A DNA stretch of 64,000 bases from Myxococcota bacterium (GTDB taxonomy: Bacteria > Myxococcota_A > UBA9160 > UBA6930): assembly GCA_965223415.1 (NCBI GenBank), contig OZ245002.1, positions 5,088,001-5,152,000 on the forward strand, given 5' to 3'. The notes below the pieces were generated by a model, which worked only from the letters and a program-made list of their open reading frames with translations, did not search any database and was not told where the DNA came from. The translations under genes were made by a program, and so were the position numbers. Positions 18,628 through 30,148 of the stretch are shown one piece after another. Every line of letters starts with the position of its first letter. The stretch's first letter is position 1.

Positions 18628-19421
18628 GCGAGGCCCTCACCCTCGCCGCCAGCTACGAGCGCACCGTCGCCGCCTCCCTCGAGCGGGTGTGGGAGAACGT
18701 GCACGACTGGGAGCACCTGCCCTGGCTGCACGACACGGCGTTCTGTGGGATCGCCCTGGAGGAAGCCGGGCCCTGGGGCTGGCGAGCCCGAGTGAAGGCG
18801 CCGCCGCAGGAGGCGCCCCAGGAGCTCGTCATCGAGCTGCGTCGCGAGGACGACGCCGAGCGCTACCACGCCCGCACCCTCGAGGGAGCGGGGGCGGGAG
18901 CCGACACGATCACCACGCTCACGCCTCAGGGACCGCACGCCACCCACGTCCACGTCGAGTTCTGGGTGCCCGTCGCCGAGCCGGCCCAGGCCGAGGCCAT
19001 CGGCCGCGGCATGGTCGCCCTCTACACGCGCCTGTGGGACGAGGACGAGGCCATGATGGTGCACCGCCAGGCCGTGCTCGACGGACGCGCGCCCGGTGTG
19101 GCGCGCCCGGGCCCCCGCGCGTCGGTGGACCTGGGCCCCGTCTCCGAGCTCGATCTCCCGGCCGTCGTCGACGTCCACGGCGAGCCCTTCCGCGTGCTTG
19201 TGGTGGACGGCGCGCTCCGCGCCCACTCCACGGTGTGTCCCCACCTGGGCGGGCCCCTGGACGACGCGACGGTCGAGCGCGACCACCTCGTCTGCCCGTG
19301 GCACGGCTACCGTTTCTCGCTTGCGGACGGCGGGAGCCCTGAGCACCCGCGCTGCGTCCTACGCGTCCGGCCCCGGATCGAGGTGGACGGCCAGGACCGG
19401 GCCCGCCTCGTCTTCCCGTGA
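18624..19421 (+). CDS. SRPBCC/START-like plus C-terminal Rieske [2Fe-2S] protein
   Basis: WENVHDWEHLPWLH (ENxxDxxHxxxxH iron motif), followed by CPHLGG...CPWHG. Confidence 0.8.
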   Translation: MSEALTLAASYERTVAASLERVWENVHDWEHLPWLHDTAFCGIALEEAGPWGWRARVKAPPQEAPQELVIELRREDDAERYHARTLEGAGAGADTITTLTPQGPHATHVHVEFWVPVAEPAQAEAIGRGMVALYTRLWDEDEAMMVHRQAVLDGRAPGVARPGPRASVDLGPVSELDLPAVVDVHGEPFRVLVVDGALRAHSTVCPHLGGPLDDATVERDHLVCPWHGYRFSLADGGSPEHPRCVLRVRPRIEVDGQDRARLVFP

Positions 19422-19465
19422 GCAACGGATCGCGACCGTCCTCCGGCCTGGGCTAGCTTCGCGCG

Positions 19466-20368
19466 ATGGCAGAGAACGCTCCGGCGACCGCCTACCGCAC
19501 CTTCGTCAGCTACATCGACCGCACACGCGAGTTCTACGCGGCCCAGGGCTACGACCGGCCCTACCAGTGGGCCCATCACGACGAGGTGCCCTTCGCCCCC
19601 TTGCCGAAGCTTCTTGCGGAGTGCCGCGTCGCCCTGGTGACGACGGCGAACCCTGCCCTCGAGGCACCGCGGAAGAAGGGCTCCCTGCGCGGCGAGCAGC
19701 CGGTCTGGTCCGCGTCGGTCGAGCCCGCACCGGAGCGGCTCTCGACCCAGCATCTCTCGTGGGACAAGGAGACGACCCATACCGACGACGTGGAATCCTT
19801 CCTGCCCCTCGCCGCGCTCGCGGGCTTCGCGGCGGAAGGCCGGATCGGCGGCGTGGCCCCCCGCTTCCACGGCATCCCCACCGACTACAGCCAACGCAGC
19901 ACGGTCGAGAAGGACGCTCCGGAGCTGCTGCGCCGCTGCCACGAAGACGACGTCGACGTGGCGCTGCTCGTGCCCCTGTGACCGGTCTGCCACCAGACCG
20001 TGAGTCTGGCCGCACGTCACCTGGAGGCGAACGGCATCCCCACCGTCGTCATCGGCTCGGCCCGCGACATCGTGGAGGAGTGCGGCGTGGCGCGCTTCCT
20101 GTTCAGCGACTTCCCCCTCGGCAATCCCTGCGGCGTGCCCTGGGACCGGGACATGCAGCGCGCGATCGCGGGTCACGCCCTCGACCTGCTCGAGAGCACC
20201 ACCCTGCCCCGAACCACCGTGCAGACCCCGTTCCGCTGGAGCGGAGACGCCTCCTGGAAGGAACGCTACGCCCGGGTGGACCCGGAGCAGGCCCTCGCCC
20301 TGCGGCGGGCGGGCGAGGCCCGACGTACCGCCCAGGCGAAGGCCAAGGCGAAGGGCGGCTCCGCATGA
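19466..20368 (+). CDS. Selenoprotein of the glycine/sarcosine/betaine reductase B (GrdB/PrdB-like) family; Sec at TGA 19979-19981
   Basis: ORFs 19466-19981 and 20000-20368 are in frame. Readthrough gives DVALLVPL-U-PVCHQTVSLAARHLEANGIPTV (UxxC), and a SECIS-like hairpin follows. Confidence 0.88.
19988..20014 (+). promoter_or_regulatory. Bacterial SECIS-like hairpin
   Basis: TGC-CA-CCAGAC-CGTGA-GTCTGG-CC-GCA; the upper stem starts 11 nt after the UGA. Confidence 0.7.
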
Positions 20369-20730
20369 CCCGGCCGCGGCGCTTCCAGGCGAAGCGCGGC
20401 CAGAAGCTTTCCCCGGGACAGAAGCAGGTCGGTCGCAACACGCGCTGGGGCAACCCGTTCCCGGTCGAGGGCATGATCGATCCCGCCAAGCCACCGCGAC
20501 TCGTCCAGCGCCATGCGGACCGATGGAGCGAGAGCGTCGATTCGTTGATGTGCGCGACGGACGAGGAAGCGGTGGAGCGCTACCGGAAGGCCCTCCTGGC
20601 CGGACGCCTCAACTACGACGCGGAGACCGTCCGAAGCGCGCTGGCGGGGTACGACCTCGGGTGTCCCTGTGGCCTCCCGGCCTGCCACGCGGACGTGCTG
20701 CTCGAGATCGCCAACGAGCGGACTCGCTGA
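20365..20730 (+). CDS. DUF4326 domain protein
   Basis: VGRNTRWGNPF and LAGYDLGCPCGLPACHADVLLEIAN; ATGA overlap with the upstream gene. Confidence 0.8.
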   Translation: MTRPRRFQAKRGQKLSPGQKQVGRNTRWGNPFPVEGMIDPAKPPRLVQRHADRWSESVDSLMCATDEEAVERYRKALLAGRLNYDAETVRSALAGYDLGCPCGLPACHADVLLEIANERTR

Positions 20731-20761
20731 GGCCTTCCGGCGGCGCGCTATCGTCCGGCGC

Positions 20762-21607
20762 ATGAAGCACGGCCTCACCTTCTTCCCCACGGATACCTCG
20801 ATCGATCCCGCCGCGATGGCCCGCGCGGCGGAGGAGCGAGGCTTCGAGTCCGTGTGGTTCGCCGAGCACTCGCACATTCCGGTCTCACCCGCGACGCCCG
20901 GGCCGCCGGAGCCCGGCGCGCCGGGCCTGCCCCGGGAGTACTACGCGGTGGGGGATCCCTTCGTCGCTCTCGGCATGGCGGCTGCCGCTACGGAGCGGCT
21001 CAAGCTCGCGACGGGTATCTGTCTCGTGCCCCAGCGCGACGTGTTCCAGACCGCCAAGCAGGTGGCCAGCCTCGACCACTTCTCCGCCGGCCGCTTCCTG
21101 TTCGGGGTCGGCGCCGGCTGGAACCAGCCCGAGATCGAGAACCATGGAACCGCCTTCGACCAGCGCTTCGCCGTGATGCGCGAGCGCATCGCCGCGATGA
21201 AGGAGCTCTGGCGCGAGGAGAAGGCGGAGTACCACGGCACCCACGTCGACTTCGGGCCCTCCTACGCGTGGCCGAAGCCCGCCCAGCAGCCGCACCCGCC
21301 GATCCACATGGGCGGCGCGGGAGAGACGGCGATCCGGCGCGCCGTCGCCTACTGCGACGGCTGGGTCCCGCTGGCGGCCGGTGACCACGATCCGATCCTG
21401 CTGATGCCGACCCTCCGCGAGCGCCTCGCCGCCGCCGGGCGCGATGCCGGCGCCTTCGAGGTGAGCCTCTACTTCTGCCCGCCCGAGGCGGACTTCGTGC
21501 AGCGTGCGGCGGACGCGGGCATAGCGCGCGTGCTCTTCCCTCTGCCCCCGCTCCCCGCCGGCCCGGCCCTCGGCGTGCTGGACACCTACGCGAAGCTCCT
21601 CGGCTGA
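20762..21607 (+). CDS. LLM-class (probably F420-dependent) oxidoreductase
   Basis: GFESVWFAEHSHIP, TAKQVASLD and PKPAQQPHPPI motifs. Confidence 0.88.
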   Translation: MKHGLTFFPTDTSIDPAAMARAAEERGFESVWFAEHSHIPVSPATPGPPEPGAPGLPREYYAVGDPFVALGMAAAATERLKLATGICLVPQRDVFQTAKQVASLDHFSAGRFLFGVGAGWNQPEIENHGTAFDQRFAVMRERIAAMKELWREEKAEYHGTHVDFGPSYAWPKPAQQPHPPIHMGGAGETAIRRAVAYCDGWVPLAAGDHDPILLMPTLRERLAAAGRDAGAFEVSLYFCPPEADFVQRAADAGIARVLFPLPPLPAGPALGVLDTYAKLLG

Positions 21608-21610
21608 GCC

Positions 21611-22042
21611 TTGCTCGACCGCGGTCTCACCCACATCGCGCTGCCGGTCAGCGACCTCGAGGCGAGCCTCGACTTCTACGCGCGCTTCGCCGCCATGAAG
21701 CCGGTCCACCGGCGCACCGACGAGACGACGGGCGGGCGGGTCGCCTGGATCAGCGACGGCACGCGGCCCTTCGTCGTCGTCCTGATCGAGACCGGCAAGG
21801 TCGAGCATCCCCTGGTGCCGATTGCCCACCTCGGTGTGGGCTGCGCCTCGCGGGAGGAGGTGGACCGGCTGGTCGGTGAGGCGCATGCCGAGCAGCGCCC
21901 GGTGTGGGGGCCCACCGATTCGGGCCACCCGGTCGGCTACTGGGCCTTGATCGGGGACCCGGATCACCACACCCTGGAGATCGCCCACGGCCAGGAGGTG
22001 GCCCTCACCGTCGAGGGCGCGTTCGCGGAGGAGAGCTCGTGA
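21611..22042 (+). CDS. VOC/glyoxalase family protein
   Basis: LTHIALPVSDLEASLDFY, HLGVG and DPDHHTLEI motifs. Confidence 0.85.
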   Translation: MLDRGLTHIALPVSDLEASLDFYARFAAMKPVHRRTDETTGGRVAWISDGTRPFVVVLIETGKVEHPLVPIAHLGVGCASREEVDRLVGEAHAEQRPVWGPTDSGHPVGYWALIGDPDHHTLEIAHGQEVALTVEGAFAEESS

Positions 22043-22917
22043 AGATCGGCCTGTTCGTGCCCCTCGCGAGCCCGGTGGCCACGCCGGCCTTCGTGCGGCG
22101 CCTGGGCGATCAGGCGGAGGCCCTGCACTTCGACTCGATCTGGGCGGCCGAGCACGTCGTGCTCTTCGACGACTACGCCTCCCGCTACCCCTACGCGGAG
22201 GACGGACGCATTCCGGCGGCGAGCGAGAGCGGCTTCCTCGATCCGTGGAACGTCCTCGCCTACCTGGCCGCCTCCACCGAACGGATCCGCCTCGGCACGG
22301 GCATCTGCCTCGTGCCCCAGCGCAACCCGGTCTACACCGCCAAGGAAGCAGCCACCGTCGACTGGCTCTCGGGCGGCCGACTCGATTTGGGCATCGGCGT
22401 GGGCTGGCTGGCCGAGGAGTTCGCGGCGGTGGACGTCCCCTTCGAGGCTCGCGGCCGCCGCTGCCGGGCCTACCTCGAGGTGATGCGCAGCCTGTGGTGC
22501 GACCCGGTCTCGTCCTACGAGGGGGAGTTCTACCGCCTGGCGCCCTGTCGCCAGTATCCGAAGCCTGTGCAGCAGCCTCACCCTCCTCTCGTGTTCGGCG
22601 GCGAGAGCGACGCGGCCCTCCGCCGGGTCGCCGACCTGGGGCAGGGCTGGTACGGCTTCAACCTGGACCCGGCCGGCTTCGCCGAACGCATGAAACGGCT
22701 CGGCGAGCTGCTCGACGCGAATGGCCGGCGGCCCGAGGAGCTCACCATCAGCGTGTCGCCCTACCTTCGGGGATGCGACCGGGTGGCGCTCGAGGCCTAC
22801 CACGAAGCCGGGGCCGACCAGGTGATCCTCACCCTCCTCGCTCGCGGCGAGGACCACCTGAGCGACCTCCTGGACCAGGCGGCGGAGGAGCTCGTCGTGC
22901 CGGGCCACGCCCTTTGA
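22039..22917 (+). CDS. LLM-class (probably F420-dependent) oxidoreductase
   Basis: DSIWAAEHVV, TAKEAATVDWLSGGR and PKPVQQPHPP motifs. Confidence 0.88.
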   Translation: MKIGLFVPLASPVATPAFVRRLGDQAEALHFDSIWAAEHVVLFDDYASRYPYAEDGRIPAASESGFLDPWNVLAYLAASTERIRLGTGICLVPQRNPVYTAKEAATVDWLSGGRLDLGIGVGWLAEEFAAVDVPFEARGRRCRAYLEVMRSLWCDPVSSYEGEFYRLAPCRQYPKPVQQPHPPLVFGGESDAALRRVADLGQGWYGFNLDPAGFAERMKRLGELLDANGRRPEELTISVSPYLRGCDRVALEAYHEAGADQVILTLLARGEDHLSDLLDQAAEELVVPGHAL

Positions 22918-22927
22918 GGAGAACGCG

Positions 22928-23752
22928 ATGACCCATCGTGCCATCGACCCGTGGGTGAACGTCACCATGGGCGAGCAGAAGCCGCCCAAGTACCTGATCC
23001 GCGTGAAGGAGGACTACTTCAAGGGCGGAGACGAGTTCTTCAAGAACATCGAGGTCGAGGAGCTCGTCGCCGATATGAACCAGAAAGGCGTCGAGAAGGC
23101 CGTCCTGTCGGTGGGGACCGCGCGTCCGTCCGAGCACGCCCTGCGCTTCGCCGAGAAGCACCCGGACCGCTTCTTCTACGCGGTGAACCTCCAGCCCACG
23201 GGCAAGATGAAAGAAGTCTGGGAGCTGAAGGCGCTCCTCGACGCCCATCCGGTGGTGATGGCACGGGTCGTCCCCTTCGGCACGGGCCTGCCCCCGACGG
23301 ACACGGCCTACTACCCCCTCTACACGAAGTGCGTGGAGTGGGACCTGCCCGTCTCCATCAACACGGGCATCCCGGGCCCGCCGATGCCGGGCGAGTGCCA
23401 GCACCCGATGTACCTGGACAAGGTGTGCTTGCAGTTCCCGGAGCTGCGCATCTGCATGGCCCACGGCGCCGACCCGTGGTGGGGCGTCGCGATCCGGCTG
23501 ATGATCAAGTACCGCCACCTCCACCTGATGACCTCGGCCTACTCGCCGAAGTACCTGCCGCCGGAGCTGATCCACTACATGAACACGCGGGGGCAGGACA
23601 AGATCCTGTTCGCGTCGGACCACCCGGTGCTGACCTTCGGGCGTTGCCTCGAGGAAGCCCAGCAGCTCGACCTGCGAGAGGGGGTACTCGAGAAGTACCT
23701 CCACGAGAACGCGGAGCGGCTCTTCTTCGCCGAGCGGAAGCCCAGGGTGTAG
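22928..23752 (+). CDS. Amidohydrolase-2 family protein
   Basis: YYPLYTKCVE, FPELRICMAHG and KILFASDHP motifs. Confidence 0.85.
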   Translation: MTHRAIDPWVNVTMGEQKPPKYLIRVKEDYFKGGDEFFKNIEVEELVADMNQKGVEKAVLSVGTARPSEHALRFAEKHPDRFFYAVNLQPTGKMKEVWELKALLDAHPVVMARVVPFGTGLPPTDTAYYPLYTKCVEWDLPVSINTGIPGPPMPGECQHPMYLDKVCLQFPELRICMAHGADPWWGVAIRLMIKYRHLHLMTSAYSPKYLPPELIHYMNTRGQDKILFASDHPVLTFGRCLEEAQQLDLREGVLEKYLHENAERLFFAERKPRV

Positions 23753-23754
23753 CG

Positions 23755-24747
23755 ATGGCGGCACGCGAGAAGGCCACGACCAAGAAGAAGGCGGCGCGCA
23801 AGAAGCTCACCGTGCGCAAGGAGAAGCGCGGCCTCGAGGCAGCCGAGGTCGTGCTCGGCGCCGACGAGCCGGACCTCGCTCCCCTGGCCGGAGAGGTCGA
23901 GGCGGCGGGGGGCGCGGTGATCGGCGCCTACCGGGAGCCCTTCTCGGGAAGGCCGCTGCTGCTCGCGTCTCTGCCCCTCCCGGCGATCGAGCCCACCCCG
24001 TTCCAGCGCGACCTCTCCCCCACCCACACCAAGCGGCTGGCCCAGAAGATCGAGGAGAGCGGCTCGTTCCTCGATCCGCTGATCGTCGTGCGCGGCGCCG
24101 AGGGCGGCTTCTGGACCCCGAACGGGCGCCACCGCCTGGCAGCGGCCAAGGTGCTGGGCCTACGGCAGATCACCGCGCTGATCTCGCCGGACGAGGGCCT
24201 GGCCTTTCGCATCCTCGCCCTCAACACCGAGAAGGCCCACAACCTGAAGGACCGCAGCCTCGAGGTGATCCGCATGGCGCGCACCCTCGCCGAGCGGCAT
24301 CCGCGCGCGAAGGAAGCGGACTTCGCCGCCGAGTTCGAGGCGCCGGAGCTCCTCACCCTGGGCCTCGTCTACCTGGAGAACGGCCGCTTCGCCGGCGGCG
24401 CCTACAGCCCCTTCCTGAAGAAGGTCGATCGCTTCTCCACGGGAACGCTGCGCAAGAGCCTCCAGGCCCGGGAGGGCTACGCGGCGCGGCTGCTCGCCAT
24501 CGACGCGCGGGTGAAGGAGATCGTCGAGGGGCTGAAGCAGCGCGGCTTCAACACGCCCTACGTGCGCAACTACGTCGTCGCCCGGATCAACCCGGTGCGC
24601 TTCCACCGGGCGAAGAAGGGGGAGACGAAGCCCCCGATGGAGCTGGCGGCCGCCCTCACCCGGATGGCGGCGGCGGCCCGCAGGTTCGACCTCGGCTCGG
24701 TACGCGAGCGCGACCTGGCGCTGGTCGCGGCCGCCTCGAGCGACTGA
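23755..24747 (+). CDS. ParB/Srx N-terminal domain protein
   Basis: PTPFQRDLS, FLDPLIVVR, PNGRHRLAA and LALNTEK motifs; no parA nearby. Confidence 0.8.
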   Translation: MAAREKATTKKKAARKKLTVRKEKRGLEAAEVVLGADEPDLAPLAGEVEAAGGAVIGAYREPFSGRPLLLASLPLPAIEPTPFQRDLSPTHTKRLAQKIEESGSFLDPLIVVRGAEGGFWTPNGRHRLAAAKVLGLRQITALISPDEGLAFRILALNTEKAHNLKDRSLEVIRMARTLAERHPRAKEADFAAEFEAPELLTLGLVYLENGRFAGGAYSPFLKKVDRFSTGTLRKSLQAREGYAARLLAIDARVKEIVEGLKQRGFNTPYVRNYVVARINPVRFHRAKKGETKPPMELAAALTRMAAAARRFDLGSVRERDLALVAAASSD

Positions 24748-24762
24748 CCGCAAGGAGTCCCC

Positions 24763-25947
24763 ATGCCCGGCCCCCTCGACGGCATCCGCGTGATCGATAC
24801 CACCACCATGATCTCCGGACCGATCTGCACGCGGATCCTGGCCGATCAAGGCGCCGACGTGATCAAGGTGGAGGCGCCCGGGGTGGGCGACCTCGTGCGG
24901 GTGATGGGTGCGCGACGCGACGGTCTCTCCGCCACCTTCGTCACCTCGAACCGCAACAAGCGCTCCGTCGTGATCGACCTCAAGCAGGAGGAGGGCCTGG
25001 ACGTCCTGCGCCGGCTCGTCGCCAGCGCCGACGTCTTCGTCCAGAACTTCCGACCCGGCGCCGCCGAGCGCATGGGTCTCGGCGAGGCGGCCCTTCGCGC
25101 GGAGAAGCCCGACCTCGTCTACTGCTCGATCAGCGGCTTCGGGGAGAAGGGCCCCTACGCTCACAAGAAGGTCTACGACCCGGTGGTCCAGGCGCTCTCG
25201 GGGCTGGCCGCGATCCAGGCGGATCGCGACACGGGCCGCCCGCGCATGGTCCGGCTGATCGTGCCCGACAAGCTCACCGCCGTGACCGCGGCCCAGGCGA
25301 TCACCGCCGCCCTCTTCCACCGGGAGCGCTCCGGCGAAGGCCAGCACCTGCGCCTCGCGATGCTCGACGCCATGGTCGCCTTTGCCTGGCCGGAAGGCAT
25401 GGCGGGCCACACCTTCATCGGCGAGGGACAGCGCGACCGCGGCGCCCGCTATGCCCAGGACCTGATCTTCGAGACGGCGGACGGCTTTCTGACGGCGGGT
25501 GCGGTCTCGGACAGCGAGTGGCAGGGGCTCTGCCGAGCGATCGGCCGGGAGGACTGGCTCGAGGACGAGCGCTTCCAGACCGCCGCCGGCCGGATCCTCC
25601 ACGCGGGCGAGCGACTGACGATGACCGCCGAGGTCTTCCTCTCCCGCACCACCCGCGAGTGGATGGAACGGCTCGAGGCCGAAGACGTTCCGTCGGCGCC
25701 GGTGCTGCGACGCGAGGACCTGCTCACCCATCCGCAGCTCCTGGCCAACGAGCTGATCGTCGAGAGCGAGCACCCGGTGGCGGGCGCGATGCGCCAGCCG
25801 CGTCCCCCGGAGCGCTTCAGCGCCACGCCGTCGAGTGTGCGACGGCCAGCGCCCGCCCTCGGTGAGCACACGGACGAGGTGCTCGACGAGATCGGCTGCG
25901 CGCCGCCCGAGCGCGCCGCGCTGCGCGAGCGCCGGGTGGTGACGTAA
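24763..25947 (+). CDS. CaiB/BaiF family III CoA-transferase
   Basis: GPLDGIRVID, NRNKRS, QNFRPG and APALGEHT motifs. Confidence 0.92.
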   Translation: MPGPLDGIRVIDTTTMISGPICTRILADQGADVIKVEAPGVGDLVRVMGARRDGLSATFVTSNRNKRSVVIDLKQEEGLDVLRRLVASADVFVQNFRPGAAERMGLGEAALRAEKPDLVYCSISGFGEKGPYAHKKVYDPVVQALSGLAAIQADRDTGRPRMVRLIVPDKLTAVTAAQAITAALFHRERSGEGQHLRLAMLDAMVAFAWPEGMAGHTFIGEGQRDRGARYAQDLIFETADGFLTAGAVSDSEWQGLCRAIGREDWLEDERFQTAAGRILHAGERLTMTAEVFLSRTTREWMERLEAEDVPSAPVLRREDLLTHPQLLANELIVESEHPVAGAMRQPRPPERFSATPSSVRRPAPALGEHTDEVLDEIGCAPPERAALRERRVVT

Positions 25948-25949
25948 CC

Positions 25950-26315
25950 GTGGGCTGGATCGCGACGGCGTCGCTCTTCGGTGCCAGCGGCGTACTGCTA
26001 GGCGCCTTCGGCGCTCACGGACTGAAGGAGCGCCTCTCGCCGGAGAGCCTCGCCGCATGGAACACCGCAGTGGAGTACCACCTGCTCCACGCCGTCGTCC
26101 TCTTCGTGCTGGCCTGGGTGGCCGCCGGCGGCGGGCCGGAGGCGACCTGGGCCCAGCGCCTGTTCACGGCGGGGATCCTGCTGTTCTCCGGTTCGATCTA
26201 TCTGCTCGCCCTCGGAGGGCCGCGGTGGCTGGGTCCGGTGACCCCCATTGGGGGAATCTGCCTCATCCTCGGATGGCTGGCCCTCCTGGTCGCTGGGATC
26301 CGTTCCGCGAGCTGA
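25950..26315 (+). CDS. DUF423 membrane protein
   Basis: LGAFGAHGL, LFSGSIYLL and GPVTPIGG motifs. Confidence 0.9.
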   Translation: MGWIATASLFGASGVLLGAFGAHGLKERLSPESLAAWNTAVEYHLLHAVVLFVLAWVAAGGGPEATWAQRLFTAGILLFSGSIYLLALGGPRWLGPVTPIGGICLILGWLALLVAGIRSAS

Positions 26316-26477
26316 ACCGTGCCCGTGTGACAGTCGTCACTGCATCGTGCCACCCCATCTGGGTAGGTTCGTGACGGGACGCCTGCCTCGGCCTGGCGAG
26401 GGAGCGCCCCGGGAGCCCACCAGCGGGGAAGCGACACGACCGGAGGGACGGTCCGGTCGTTCGCAGGGGGGAGCTGG

Positions 26478-26636
26478 ATGACGACGACGAGCCCTTCGGC
26501 CACCAGCTTGGCCCGGAACCGTGAGCTGCGACGCAGCCTGGATCCGGCGCGAGGCATCCTCGTCTCCCTTGCCCTGGGCGCAGCGGCCTGGTCGTTGATC
26601 GCGGCCCTCGCGCTCGGGCTGAGCCAGCTCCTCTAG
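26478..26636 (+). CDS. Small single-TM protein (52 aa), below the ORF-track cutoff
   Basis: GGGGGAG RBS, then MTTTSPSATSLARNRELRRSLDPARGILVSLALGAAAWSLIAALALGLSQLL*. Confidence 0.6.
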   Translation: MTTTSPSATSLARNRELRRSLDPARGILVSLALGAAAWSLIAALALGLSQLL

Positions 26637-26703
26637 AGCCCATCTCACACGAGTCCTCCCGTCGCCAGGCCCTGGCTCGGTTCGGTCTTGTGAGACGGGC
26701 TCT
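26635..26703. repeat. Inverted repeat, 15-bp arms (MITE-like or hairpin)
   Basis: AGAGCCCATCTCACA ... TGTGAGACGGGCTCT (14 of 15 match). Confidence 0.6.
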
Positions 26704-26751
26704 CGCCCCTCCGCGCTTGCCGCCCGCTGCGGCGGGGGCGAACGTCTCGCG

Positions 26752-28001
26752 GTGGAAGAGCGCCGCGCCTGGCTCGCCTTCAGCGTCGTCACCGCCGTGG
26801 TCTTCGCGACCATCCCCCTGGCGCGACGGATCCAGTACGCGGTGGAGGCGACGACGGGGCGCGAGCTCTTCCTCGTCGTCGTGGCGGCCGGGATCGTCGC
26901 GGCCGCCTGGGCGGCGGCCCGCCGTTCGCGGCGCGGCGCCCACGGCGGCCGGCGCTCGCTCGGGGTCCTCGCCCTGCTCTCGCTCGCCTACCTGGCAGGA
27001 GCCTTCGTCCTACGCCGCAACCCAGAAGAGGCGATCCACCTGCTGGAGTACGGAGCGCTCGGCGTGCTGGGTGCACGGGCACTCGCCTTCCGCATTCCCG
27101 GTGCGTGGGTCTACCCGTCCGCGGCACTGCTGGGCGCGGCCGTCGGCATGATCGACGAAGCGCTCCAGTGGATCACGCCGTCGCGGCACTGGGACCTGCG
27201 CGACCTGGCGATCAATGGCCTGGCGGCGAGCGGCGTGCAGCTGGGCCTCGCCGCCGGCGCCTTCGGCCCGCCGGCCCGGGGCGACAGCGCACGCGGTCGG
27301 CGCGGCTTCTGCGCCGTCGCCGCTCTCGCCTGGGTCCTCCTCGGCGCCAGCCTGCTGAACACGCCCTCGCGCATCGCCGCCTACGCCGGCGCCATGCCGG
27401 GCCTGGGCTTCCTGCTCGAGAACGACGGCGTGATGCTCGAGTACGGTCACCTTCACGAGCTCCCGGACCTGGCCCGCTTCCGTTCGCGCTTCAGCCGCGA
27501 GGCCCTGGCGCGCGCCGATCAGGCGCGAGCCGAGGAGGCGGGAGCCGTGCTGCGACGGCTTGGGAACGACGCCGACTACGCGGCCTTCCTCGCCACTCAC
27601 AACCCGGTCACGGATCCCTTCCTCCACGAGCTGCGGGTCCATCTCTTCCGCCGGGATCGCTACCGGGAGAACGCGGCCCGACACGCCGGTGACCCGCCCC
27701 GGGCCCGCCGCGACCTCACCGTCGCCCACCGGGAGAATGAGATCCTCGAGGCCGCCTTCCCGAAGAGCCTGGCCGCGTCGGGGCACGCCTGGCCCGAGGC
27801 CGAACGGCGCCGCATCGGCCGCGCCCAGGCGGCAGGCCGCCCCTACGAGAGCCCGGTCAGCCGGGGGCTGGTCACGAGCGTGAGGGAGACGACCGTCGCC
27901 GCGGTGTGGCTCGCGGGCTTCGCCGGACTCGCGGCCCTGGCCCTCTCGGCGCGTGGCGTCGGGCGGCGCCTTTCGTCGCCTCCTGGCGCCGGGCAACGTG
28001 G

Positions 28002-28005
<4 letters not shown>
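26752..28005 (+). CDS. VanZ-like membrane protein
   Basis: EAIHLLEYGALG and GMIDEALQWITPSRHWDLRDLAIN motifs; multiple TM segments. Confidence 0.75.
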
Positions 28006-29951
<1,946 letters not shown>

Positions 29952-30148
29952 GCGGGGGCGCCGACCCTTGGGGTCCTCCCCCGCCTGGCGTTAGGATTCC
30001 TCCCAAACAGCGCCGGGAGGAAGACCCGACACCAGGAGCGTTTATTCTGCGACACCCATCTGGGGTAGATCCGCTCCACCCCCGCTGGGAGACACTGGCG
30101 TGCTGCCCGCATGGACGCGGGAGCTTCGCTGTAGGAAAGGACTCTTCC

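Noticed and set aside
19466..20368. Nonsense pseudogene, two separate genes, or a complete glycine reductase
   Set aside because: The TGA sits in a UxxC motif with a correctly spaced hairpin; no other grd/prd subunits are in the window.
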